The position numbers were made by a program, and so were the translations under genes. Shown piece after piece: positions 36,056 through 45,243 of a stretch of DNA of 64,000 nucleotides (its first letter is position 1; every line of letters starts with the position of its first letter). The DNA is from Promethearchaeota archaeon (GTDB taxonomy: Archaea; Asgardarchaeota; Heimdallarchaeia; Hodarchaeales; Hodarchaeaceae): the NCBI GenBank assembly GCA_048938105.1, contig JBHLMN010000010.1, forward strand, positions 96,001-160,000, in the 5' to 3' direction. The notes under the pieces are model-generated. The model was not told where the DNA came from. It did no database searches and saw only the letters and a list, made by a program, of their open reading frames with translations.

Positions 36056-36775
36056 TTAGCCTCGTGTTACAGGGAGATACGGTGCAAGTAAAGAAGCTAA
36101 TAAACCAATTTCACGATTTTGAGTATAAACGATACCAGGGCCAGTATAACGAATCACAATCCCTTCACCACCAAGGAAAAAGCTTTTCTTTCCACCTACT
36201 TTTGAGACTCTGTGTTCCATATGAGATTGAAAAGCCATCATCACACCATTGTCACAAACAAATTCTTGTCCTGGAGCTAGTTCATGACGCTCAACGAATC
36301 CATACCCACCAATCCACACATCCCCTTCCCCTTCAGCCATGATTTTAGTCAGTACAAGTCCTTCCCCACCTAACACACTCTTGAATCCACCTAATTTAGA
36401 GGTTACTGCTATGCTGGTAGTCCCACAAATATATGCATCTCTACTTAATGTCCATTCCTCACCTTTTTGAAGGTGGAAGTGAACAATATCACCAGGAGCA
36501 CCGTGTGCGAAGGCAACCATTCCCATAGGGGCGCCATCTTGGATAGAAAAAAAGTTTTGAAACATTGATTCGCCTGAGAATTTTCGTTTCAAGCCCCGCA
36601 TAATACCTCCAGAGGACTTTGTCTCCATATGAACATGACCATCCATATAAACCATAGCCCCGCCTTCTGCTCGTACCTGTTGGCCAGGCTGATCTAGGAA
36701 GATTTTAACCACAGAGAAGGCCGGACTACCCGTTATCTCATATTTTAGAAAAGAATATTCTTTATCTGCTGACAT
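36056..36775 (-). CDS. AIM24 / TIGR00266 family protein
   Basis: YEITGSPAF, VRAEGGAMVYM, GESMFQNFF, GGEGL, GYG...DNG.MMAF, GGEGIV.RYTGPG.VYTQ.R. Confidence 0.92.
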   Translation of the reverse strand: MSADKEYSFLKYEITGSPAFSVVKIFLDQPGQQVRAEGGAMVYMDGHVHMETKSSGGIMRGLKRKFSGESMFQNFFSIQDGAPMGMVAFAHGAPGDIVHFHLQKGEEWTLSRDAYICGTTSIAVTSKLGGFKSVLGGEGLVLTKIMAEGEGDVWIGGYGFVERHELAPGQEFVCDNGVMMAFQSHMEHRVSKVGGKKSFFLGGEGIVIRYTGPGIVYTQNREIGLLASLLAPYLPVTRG

Positions 36776-36904
36776 ATTTTCACATCTTGCTTGGATAATC
36801 TATTTCACAGGAAAATCATGACTTATATTTAATTAAGCTTTGTAAGTAATCAATCAGTATCAAATCATTCTAAAAGTATTAGAACTCCACATTGGACTAA
36901 TCTT

Positions 36905-38173
36905 TCACGAAGATCTCCTTTTACGAAGATTGTACATTGTGGAACGTAATTTTTTCCTAGCAGTTTTAGAATATTTCTCTTCGTTCAACACATCGTTTAA
37001 CATCTGAACATTTTGAGTTTGTAATCTTTGAAGATTTGTTGATCCTGTTTGAGAAATTCTTCGTTCCAGCTTATCTTGAAACATATGCATAGTTCGCTGA
37101 GCTCCTGAAAAATTCCCTTGATCCGCCATCTCCATAGCCTCATATTGGACAAACGCGGCTTCTAAAAGATGCACATTTTCTAAAACTTGATCATCTTCGG
37201 TGGTTAGAAGTTTTTCATCAGATGTAGGGATAATATTACACGAAACTGGCTTGAGCTGAATTGGTTTTGTTGATCCACTTCGGGGAATCCATCGTACATT
37301 GAATGTCACAGCTTCAATTTCTTCAGCTTTTATTGGTGGAATTGTCACATCTAGGATAATTAACAATTCATTACCACTTCTGAGATCACCCATTTTCGTA
37401 CTGGACGATAAACGGTCTTCATAAGGAACTCCTAGAGCTCTTCGTATTTGAACTCCTTCTGCTTTTTGCCATTCCACCTCGATATTATAAGCAGCGGTTG
37501 CTAGAAGTCCTTGAAACTCATGTTCAATGAATTTAGGGATATCATCTGCAGTTTCAATGAAATAAAATGATCCTCCAGCCACATCAGCGATATTCACCAT
37601 TAAATCCTCGTCAAAATCGTCACCGACTCCAAAAGTGCTGATGCCTATACCTCCTTCATAAATATCAGTCACAGATTCTCGAATTCGGCCACGATCAGTG
37701 ATCCCCTCATTTGCGAGACCATCAGAAAGGAGAAGTACCACATTCCGATACTCAAGATGTTTGGCACTTTCAACCTGTTTTGCTCCTTCCACGACACCCC
37801 CATGGAGGTTTGTACGGCCACGACTACGAATGGAACGGAGGCGGGTAATAATAGAGGCAGGATTGGTTAATTTCGCTGAAGAAATAATTGTATCCACACG
37901 ATGATCGTAAATTGTTAAGGCGAAAACATCATCCTTTGAGAGATTATTGACAACAAATTCAACAGCTTCTTTAGCTTTTTGGAGCTTGGATCCGTGCATA
38001 CTCCCTGAACGATCGAGAACTACTCCTAAATTTAAGTTTGTTCTGGAAACTTGGATCTCTCTTCCTGTTAATTTTAACTGAATATAAAGATGCGTCTCAC
38101 CATCAGCTAACGCATAGGGTGAGCTTGGAGTTACCTCAATGTTAATATCCTCTTGAGTATTTACTTCTATCAT
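36905..38173 (-). CDS. vWA domain protein with intact MIDAS
   Basis: LNLGVVLDRSGSM, GRTNLHGG, LLLSDGLANEG, TFGVGDDFDEDLM, GGSFYFI. The start is likely the ATG at 38173 (AGGA SD, 10 nt after the upstream stop). Confidence 0.92.
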   Translation of the reverse strand: MIEVNTQEDINIEVTPSSPYALADGETHLYIQLKLTGREIQVSRTNLNLGVVLDRSGSMHGSKLQKAKEAVEFVVNNLSKDDVFALTIYDHRVDTIISSAKLTNPASIITRLRSIRSRGRTNLHGGVVEGAKQVESAKHLEYRNVVLLLSDGLANEGITDRGRIRESVTDIYEGGIGISTFGVGDDFDEDLMVNIADVAGGSFYFIETADDIPKFIEHEFQGLLATAAYNIEVEWQKAEGVQIRRALGVPYEDRLSSSTKMGDLRSGNELLIILDVTIPPIKAEEIEAVTFNVRWIPRSGSTKPIQLKPVSCNIIPTSDEKLLTTEDDQVLENVHLLEAAFVQYEAMEMADQGNFSGAQRTMHMFQDKLERRISQTGSTNLQRLQTQNVQMLNDVLNEEKYSKTARKKLRSTMYNLRKRRSS

Positions 38174-38183
38174 AATTATTCCT

Positions 38184-38753
38184 TCATTTGGCTTGTTCGA
38201 GCTTCTTTTGTACTTTATAAACCATTTCTCCTTTTTTTGTGAGTCTGTGGCGTTTTTTAGGACGTCCAGGCCCTCCCATTGTTTTCTTCTCAAGTGGAAA
38301 TTCTGGCTTGATTTTCTTGGGCTTACTCTTAATCTGTTCTATTAACCCAAGGTTACTTAATTTCTGCAAACCTACATTAATCGTAGTAGGAGACATTTGT
38401 GCTACTTTTTGAAGTTCAACAACATTTGCATCTTTATGTTGTTTAATTTGATGGAGAAGGGCGCGATGAGACCGTTTTAGCTCCGTTATCTCAGGATGTT
38501 GAAGAATTTGACGATCAAGGATATCTTCTGCTTGTGGAGTAATAACAAAAGTGTTAGAATCTGGAGGTTGTCTAATGATAAATCCAACCAGTTCTAATTC
38601 TTTTAATCTCCTATAAACTGTAGCAGTTGTTAGTGAATCAGAAGATTCTTTAGTAAAATGCTTGTTAATATCAGAACTACTAATAGGTTGAGACTGATTT
38701 CTAATAAATTCTAGAATCTCTTTCGTCCCCGTGGAAGCCAGTAAGTCTAACAT
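38184..38753 (-). CDS. Tandem winged-helix transcriptional regulator
   Basis: wHTH1 SLTTATVYRRLKELELVGFI; wHTH2 MSPTTINVGLQKLSNLGLI...GRPKKRHRLTKKG. Confidence 0.85.
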   Translation of the reverse strand: MLDLLASTGTKEILEFIRNQSQPISSSDINKHFTKESSDSLTTATVYRRLKELELVGFIIRQPPDSNTFVITPQAEDILDRQILQHPEITELKRSHRALLHQIKQHKDANVVELQKVAQMSPTTINVGLQKLSNLGLIEQIKSKPKKIKPEFPLEKKTMGGPGRPKKRHRLTKKGEMVYKVQKKLEQAK

Positions 38754-38777
38754 CGTTTAAAACCATTTTAATACTTC

Positions 38778-40121
38778 TTATTCATCAGAAATCTGTTCAA
38801 GAGAAATTTGTTGCTGAACTCGCGGATCCTGAATATTCTGAACCTGAATCCGAGGCATCCTAGGCACCCGACCAGGTGTTCTCCCTTTGAGAATATCGAC
38901 TTGCTTTTTGCTAGCGTATAAGTGTATAGGGGTTCCTTTGTAATGAATACTGATACCTTGCCATTTCTTGTTATTGAATCGGAATAAATCTCCGACACCA
39001 GTTGCTTTCTCTTTTTTCACCTTGATATCTTTGAATTCACCTTTCAGAAGCGCTTCTAAATTATCTGGGAGGTTCTGGTCTGTTTCTATTTTCTGCATGA
39101 AAATTCTATCAGTCAGAAATCCTTTAAGTACAACCTCACTAAATTGGGACCAAAGCTTGGGGGAGCCATAAATCTCGACACCCAATAACTTATCACTATA
39201 CGCACAGATAATGCCCATCTGATTCTCAAGCTTAGTTGCTGCAGAAAGTGTTTCTTGAAGAGTTTTGAGGTGTTTATCCTTTTCATATGATTTTTCTTGA
39301 ATCTCTCTATAACTATGAGTAGGAGCATCTTCCTCGCTGAGAGCTAATGCACCTGCTACCGCAGACACAGTTTCCCATAGGGTAGTCTGATCTCCAGCTT
39401 TCGCTGACACGTTTGCCATCTGTGAGGCCATTCGAGTTTTAGCAGACTTGAATTTTAAGGAGGTTGTTTCTCCACGAGAACTAGAATATCTCCACCGAGA
39501 CTGTTCAATGCACTTTGCGGGAATTTTTAAGGGATTAGCCTCATCATGGCCAACAGGGATGAGAATAGGCTCAAAAATGGTTCTATCTTGCTTCCCACCC
39601 TCAACTTGATGAAGATAGGGAATTAAAACGGGGAGCTCACTTTTATTAATTGCTTCGAGTAATTCGACACTCTCTGAACCTTCACTTTCTTGGATCCATG
39701 CAAGCTCCTGCTCCTCAGCCTCAAGTAAACCTAATACAAGGGTTGATACGTCACTCTTAAGAAGAGGATAAACAGAAAACTTATCATGGGTGACAGGTGT
39801 CCCAATGTCAAAATAATTTCCTAAATCTTGAATAATATCTTGAAAATTCACTTTTTTCCACCTATTATTTTTTTTTAAGACCTCCTCAGCATAAAGAGAG
39901 AGGATCAATCGATTGGAATTCGTATGTAATCTTACAATTAAGTTTGCTTGTTCTAATTCTTTGACCCTGCGGTAAATAGTTGCAGTAGTAAGTGATAAAT
40001 CAGGAGATTGAGCGAAATGAACGTTAATCATTGGCACAGTGGTACCAGGATTATGGTATAAATAAGAAAGAATCCTTAGCGACCCTTTTGCTGAGAGAAG
40101 ATCTTGGATTGTTTTCATCAT
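38778..40121 (-). CDS. wHTH fused to ARPP-1 (DUF6569) domain
   Basis: N-term SLTTATIYRRVKELEQANLI; C-term GTPVTHDKFSVYPL, INKSELPVLI, GGKQDR, IPAKCIEQSRW, DQTTLWETV, GIICAYSDKLLGVEIYGSPKLW. Confidence 0.8.
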   Translation of the reverse strand: MMKTIQDLLSAKGSLRILSYLYHNPGTTVPMINVHFAQSPDLSLTTATIYRRVKELEQANLIVRLHTNSNRLILSLYAEEVLKKNNRWKKVNFQDIIQDLGNYFDIGTPVTHDKFSVYPLLKSDVSTLVLGLLEAEEQELAWIQESEGSESVELLEAINKSELPVLIPYLHQVEGGKQDRTIFEPILIPVGHDEANPLKIPAKCIEQSRWRYSSSRGETTSLKFKSAKTRMASQMANVSAKAGDQTTLWETVSAVAGALALSEEDAPTHSYREIQEKSYEKDKHLKTLQETLSAATKLENQMGIICAYSDKLLGVEIYGSPKLWSQFSEVVLKGFLTDRIFMQKIETDQNLPDNLEALLKGEFKDIKVKKEKATGVGDLFRFNNKKWQGISIHYKGTPIHLYASKKQVDILKGRTPGRVPRMPRIQVQNIQDPRVQQQISLEQISDE

Positions 40122-40140
40122 GAATTCTCAAAAAGTGTAA

Positions 40141-40186
40141 TATTTATAAAACTTTCGAATTTATCAAATTATGGAATCAATTTGAT
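40141..40186 (-). promoter_or_regulatory. BRE-TATA promoter with upstream inverted-repeat operator for the ARPP-1 operon
   Basis: Minus strand CGAAAG-TTTTATAAATA (40141-40157), ~20-36 nt above the ATG; perfect IR ATCAAATT-N8-AATTTGAT at 40163-40186. Confidence 0.6.
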
Positions 40187-40376
40187 CTCAACATTTTAAC
40201 AAACTTATATTTGATTTAATCATTAAAAAATCTTAGTTTAATATCTAGATGTGAGGAGAAAAGAGAAAATAAAGAAAGAAAAAGCGAGAACACAAAATTA
40301 ATGTAAAATTCAAAAACTTGTTTGAAGTTTTATTTCTTTCTGTACCAACTAACAACAAAAATCAAGTTAGGCACTT

Positions 40377-41132
40377 TTATTTGCTCGATTTCCTTCTTGG
40401 GAAAATTAAGACAAATGTGCATAAGACTACAAGAACTGATAATACCCCAGGAAAAGGACTTGCTGCTGTTTCTGTCTCTGTTGTTTCAGAAATTGATGGA
40501 TGAATAATCTCCACCGTGCGATCCACAGTCGTTTCCACAGTTACTGTTATTGTTACTGTTGTTCTTTCAAGCGGAGATTCAAATGAGGAATAAATGTTAA
40601 TCTTTTTCACCTTGGGTGTAAAATAAATGTTCGGATCTGATTTAAAAACCGCACGATATTTTAAATATAACGCAACACCACTAAAGGTGAAATTTGAAGA
40701 GTAATAACTGATATAATGAAAACCTTCGGCGTTGGTGGTATTTGATAACCCAACTTGGAACCTCAATTCTGTACCTACTGGTTGACCTGCTGAATACCAA
40801 GTGAAATTACCCGCTATTCGAAGAACAACTCTAAAATAGGTCAATCCTGATTCAAATGTTCCTATTAGGGGAGATGTATGACCAGGATAGAGCCAAATAT
40901 CATCATAGTAGGCACCATTATACCCTCCAAACAAGATTACTTTATCTAAACTTGTAATATAATTCATTGAAAAGCTATGTCTGGCATTTGGCAGAGTGGA
41001 CTGATTCTTTTGGTTCCAAATATTCATTGTCAAATCATAAATCCAAGTATCATCAAGGTACGTGCCATTATATCCCCCAAATAAAACTACAATATCAGCA
41101 GTGGTATCATATGCAATTGAGTGGAATTTCAC
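40377..41132 (-). pseudogene. 5'-truncated Kelch-repeat surface protein with C-terminal membrane anchor
   Basis: Begins mid-blade (HSIAYD..VVLFGGY...DTWIYD); only two Kelch repeats; no signal peptide; Thr-rich linker + SPFPG-TM-RRK tail. Confidence 0.6.
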
Positions 41133-41374
41133 AATATATTAATCTATTGTTTGATAATGAGACCTCTTGAGAATTTATTTGTTGGGGTACTCTCAAGTCA
41201 GTCTGATTACAGAATTGGTTCTCAATTCATATAATGAAAGAAATTTTGATTAAAAATAACAAGAACAGTATGTGTTATGAAATAAGCTTTATGAGGATAG
41301 AAAGTAAGCTCTCCTTTTTTTCTTTTTTTGCCTGTTTGAATATTTTTTAAAAGAAGACCTGAAAATGGCACATT

Positions 41375-42697
41375 ATGAGTGAAATACGGAATAAGTTATT
41401 GGCTACTGAGAATTTAGATCCTAAAGCCCAATCACTTCTTCTGCAATATGTTCTCGTTGATTCGATTCGATTAGTAGCGTTTAATATTTCTAGTATGTTT
41501 ATCATTTTATTTTTACTAGATACATTAGAATCAACCGAAGTGGGAATTCTCTTTGCTGTAAGCTATCTTATCCTCACATTGATTGATTATCCCACAGGTG
41601 TCTTAGGGGATCTCATTGGTTATAAGAAAGTGATGATGCTCGCTTATTTTTTTCATATCATCTCATTTATCCTACTTATATTCTCTGAGACATTCGTTCC
41701 CCTATTATTCTATAGCGCGTGTTCAGCAATTGCTTCCTCCCAAGAGAGTGGGGCCTTAGAATCGTGGTTTGATAATAATTATCGTATGTTTACACAAGCT
41801 ACGGATCCAGAGCGGCAAATATACAAAGCCTTTCAAGCAAGAATATCAATTTTAATCTATGCATTATCTGGCCTCTCCTTTATCGCCGGTGGAATGATCG
41901 CTCAATATCTTTCAAGGAAATTTCTATTCGGGGTATCTTTATTCCTCATCATTCTTGTCTTTATTTTGATAATTGGAGTAATTAAAGACTATAACTCCTT
42001 TGATCAATCGGATTTCACAATGAGGGTCTATTTTAGCCAGTTTTTGGGAGGATTTAGATTTCTTTTCTCCCAAAAAGGGATATTATTGTTTTTTGTAGGA
42101 ACAACAATTATCTGGGCTGCTAATAACAGCATTTGGGTTAATTTTTTGTTGTTTCCCATTTATGAGGGCTATTCAGGAGGTCAAGATCATACCACAGCCA
42201 TGTTTCGAGCAATCATTTTTGCCTCTGGAGTGTTATGGCAACTATTCATTGTGAAATATATCAATAAATTGACTCGGATTAAACTGTGGATTTTCATTAC
42301 GACGGCGTTTTCAAATGTGATATTTTTCTTTGCTATTTTTCTCTATTATTCATGGTTTCCCCCGATAACGTTTGATCTCATGCTACTCTTGGGGTTATTT
42401 ATTGTGTTTCAACTCCCTGGAATGTGGGAACCATTGGAATTTATATTGAGAAACCGACTCAACTTAGATCTAGTCCCTGATAATATACGCAATGCAGTCT
42501 ATTCGTTATTACCAACATTAACAACCCTGATAGGAATCCCTGGGGCACTAATTGGGGGTTATTATTTGAAATATATTGGATTTGCTGAAACAGTCCTATT
42601 TACCTCACTTTTTAGTGGACTTGGAGTTTTATTGACTGGTGTAGGCCTCCTATGGTTGCCTGAAATTAGGGAACAGATCAAGAAGGAAAGAAATTAA
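41375..42697 (+). CDS. MFS transporter
   Basis: ~12 TM; DYPTGVLGDLIGYKK motif A; SGALESW; LVPDNIRNAVYSL. Confidence 0.9.
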   Translation: MSEIRNKLLATENLDPKAQSLLLQYVLVDSIRLVAFNISSMFIILFLLDTLESTEVGILFAVSYLILTLIDYPTGVLGDLIGYKKVMMLAYFFHIISFILLIFSETFVPLLFYSACSAIASSQESGALESWFDNNYRMFTQATDPERQIYKAFQARISILIYALSGLSFIAGGMIAQYLSRKFLFGVSLFLIILVFILIIGVIKDYNSFDQSDFTMRVYFSQFLGGFRFLFSQKGILLFFVGTTIIWAANNSIWVNFLLFPIYEGYSGGQDHTTAMFRAIIFASGVLWQLFIVKYINKLTRIKLWIFITTAFSNVIFFFAIFLYYSWFPPITFDLMLLLGLFIVFQLPGMWEPLEFILRNRLNLDLVPDNIRNAVYSLLPTLTTLIGIPGALIGGYYLKYIGFAETVLFTSLFSGLGVLLTGVGLLWLPEIREQIKKERN

Positions 42698-42781
42698 CTA
42701 TTCATACTAGATAATAGGTTAAAAAAAAAAGAGGTAGAAGTATTAGTTATCTCTTTTTACGTCTTCAAATGAAAGTCTTAT

Positions 42782-44221
42782 TCATTTATTATAGGGAGCA
42801 CGCTTTTCGGCGACATATTCTTGATGACGATCTTTAATCAACATGAAGAAAGAGAAGCCAATCAAAAATAGGACTAGCAGGACAAAGATGCCAATTTTGT
42901 AGGCGAGGGCGTTGGAGCCGAAACCTTGGCCTGATGCAAAGAAGCCAATTACACCCCCGAAAAGAATGATACCGAAAGCACTACTTCCCTTGCCGGCAAG
43001 CTTACTGAAACCAAAATATTGACCAATCTTATCGGGAGGGGCAAGCTCAAGAGTCATAGTTCGTTGAACAACCCAAATGGAACCCATACCAAAGCCAACC
43101 AGAATGGCCATGAGAAAAACGGTGAAATTAGGAAGAAAGCTGAGTACGATCGGAAGCTCAACATCGGGGTCGAAACTGTCAGCGAAAATGGGAATAGCAA
43201 GCGCAATCAACCAGACAATACCTACAACTTTGGCTAGAAACTTTGGCCCTTTCTTATCAGCGATTGGACCAGCAATACCAGTCAACAAAACAGCGAAAAC
43301 GACACCAACAAGAAGTAAAATGGTAGCAGTAGTTTCATCCATCCCAAATCCTTCAACAGCTGCAGGTTTCATAATATTAATAACCGTTTGGACTACATCA
43401 ACTGCAAAAAACCAGCCAATCACAAACCAACGCATATCCTTGTAATTCCACACTTCTTTGGCTGTGTCAACAGTTTCAGATAGGGCTGAACCTAATAAGG
43501 AACGAAAACCCAACTCAGCTATTCGATTTCGGCCAGCACGCTCCCGAGACAACAAGAAGGGTAAAGCAATGAGGAGAAAACCAAGCGCATAAAGCAACCA
43601 CATTTCATTGAGATGACCAATCCACTCACTTTTAGGACCCAATACAGTTTCATATTGATCAGGGTTGATCGTACCAATATCATCAGGAAGATCCACAGCT
43701 TCAGTAAAAAACGCAATCGCAGCGAAATTGAAGATAACAGCAAAAAAAGAACCAAAATATCCTAAAGCAACACCTACAGCAGAAACCCACCCTTTATCCT
43801 TATCTTGACAGATGCGAGGAATCATGGTATCATAAAACAAATTTCCCCACTGGTAGAAGATGTTAGCAGCAATAAAACAGAATAAAGCAATAAAGAGATT
43901 ATTAAACAGGAAAACAAGACCAGTAAAAAGAATGGTGAGCGACCCAAAGAGAATAGTACCAGGTTTGCCTTTACCATTGTTATCAGCAATCGTCCCCATG
44001 ATAGGAATAGTAAGGGCAACAAGGAAGGTACTGAGAGCAATAGCTATGCTGGCTAAGAAATAACTGAGACCATAATCGAAACCATTCCACATCCCCAAGA
44101 GGGTGCCATATTGCAAGACAGTCATGGAGACAATACCCATACTGAAGACAGTATTGGCAATATCATAGGAAGACCAGAGAAGAACATTGAGTTTAGACGT
44201 AGGGGGAGAGGGATCAGACAT
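42782..44221 (-). CDS. MFS transporter, ATG22/UMF1 (BtlA)-like
   Basis: WSSYDIANT, PIMGTIAD, FYDTMIP, VSAVGVALGYFG, GPIADKKGPK, GQYFGFSKLAGKGSSAFG. Confidence 0.9.
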   Translation of the reverse strand: MSDPSPPTSKLNVLLWSSYDIANTVFSMGIVSMTVLQYGTLLGMWNGFDYGLSYFLASIAIALSTFLVALTIPIMGTIADNNGKGKPGTILFGSLTILFTGLVFLFNNLFIALFCFIAANIFYQWGNLFYDTMIPRICQDKDKGWVSAVGVALGYFGSFFAVIFNFAAIAFFTEAVDLPDDIGTINPDQYETVLGPKSEWIGHLNEMWLLYALGFLLIALPFLLSRERAGRNRIAELGFRSLLGSALSETVDTAKEVWNYKDMRWFVIGWFFAVDVVQTVINIMKPAAVEGFGMDETTATILLLVGVVFAVLLTGIAGPIADKKGPKFLAKVVGIVWLIALAIPIFADSFDPDVELPIVLSFLPNFTVFLMAILVGFGMGSIWVVQRTMTLELAPPDKIGQYFGFSKLAGKGSSAFGIILFGGVIGFFASGQGFGSNALAYKIGIFVLLVLFLIGFSFFMLIKDRHQEYVAEKRAPYNK

Positions 44222-44373
44222 AAAACAGGCTCCAAAAGAGGGTAAGATCGGTTGAGTACTCCTATCTAAGAATTTTTCTCATCATAAATGGAGGTGAGGA
44301 AAAACCAAAAGCGAACCTGAAAACTAGACACACACAGCTTAATCATGGTTCTAGGGAAAAATCACACATGCAA

Positions 44374-44404
44374 GTTGCCATAGGTTGCCATAGATATTGC
44401 CATA
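44374..44404. repeat. Three direct repeats TTGCCATA (two as tandem GTTGCCATAG)
   Basis: gttgccatag gttgccatag atattgccata in a ~550-bp intergenic region. Confidence 0.8.
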
Positions 44405-44505
44405 ACTTTATAACATAGAAGAAGAATACAGCATATGGGGTTAGGTCAGGAATAAACACCCTTTTTAATAACTGATAAACCCGGGAAAGAAATATAGAAA
44501 GCCAT

Positions 44506-44555
44506 GGGCATCCAACGAACCGAAAAAACCTTTTTTTTCCTAACGTTGGGTGCCC
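44506..44555. other. GC-rich inverted repeat / hairpin (12-bp stem)
   Basis: GGGCATCCAACG (44506-17) pairs with CGTTGGGTGCCC (44544-55) with one U-G pair; the loop contains A6/T8 tracts. Confidence 0.75.
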
Positions 44556-44772
44556 CTCCCTCCCCCCTTTCAAAAATGAACTGATCTATGTTCTCCCTCA
44601 GTCTATTCATCACCTCATACCCGCATAGATCCATTATTAAACCTATTGATTTTCTTTTTCCTGAAATGCTCCTCCTTTTGCTGTCCTCCAGTTTATAGAT
44701 CATAACCAAGTTGTGAGTGACGTCCATCTTAGTGTACAAAACCTTTTTAGGAACGAAATCCTAGACATAGTG

Positions 44773-45033
44773 ATGTTCATGTTAGAAAAAAAATCATCCA
44801 TTGAATTAGTTAATCCCGAGATAAGTAGAATTAAAGTAGGAGCAGGAATAGGACTGATCCTGATCTCATTTATTCTATTAATTTCCAGTTACCTATTTTC
44901 TGAGTACATAGAATCAATTAAAATAATCTTAAAGTTCGGAGCTTACCTCCTTAGCGGATTCGGGGGAGTATTAATTGGATTTGGACTTGGAGGTGGAAAA
45001 TACAGGAGTCAATGGATAAAAAAAAGAGATTAA
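44773..45033 (+). CDS. Small 2-TM membrane protein
   Basis: VGAGIGLILISFILLISSYLF and ILKFGAYLLSGFGGVLIGFGL; basic tail. Confidence 0.65.
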   Translation: MFMLEKKSSIELVNPEISRIKVGAGIGLILISFILLISSYLFSEYIESIKIILKFGAYLLSGFGGVLIGFGLGGGKYRSQWIKKRD

Positions 45034-45243
45034 ACCGAATCTTTAAACATATAAGATTCAAATAAGGAGGGATTTCTCTTTTTTGTAAGTATATCTGAAA
45101 ATCATTGATTGATGTTCACGCTAGGGTTCCAGTAGTCGTGCGGATGGTTTTATCCATTTTTGAAAATACTAAATATATTCCCTCCTAAATAATCCCCAGC
45201 ATTCCCAAGGAATGTTGTATTAAAGAATTTGGGAGTTATTCGT

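Noticed and set aside
38174-38293. N-terminal extension of the vWA ORF (and similar extensions of egsA, the methylase, NosD and CPBP ORFs)
   Set aside because: They overlap upstream genes or promoter-like AT tracts; downstream starts fit homology and SD better
44395-44418. Possible dif/Xer site (TATTGCCATAA ct TTATAACATAG)
   Set aside because: The spacer between the ATAA/TTAT arms is 2 nt rather than the required 6
44343-44739. ORFs 44343-44573 and 44446-44739
   Set aside because: They overlap each other and run through the hairpin and homopolymer tracts, with no recognisable protein features; more likely non-coding
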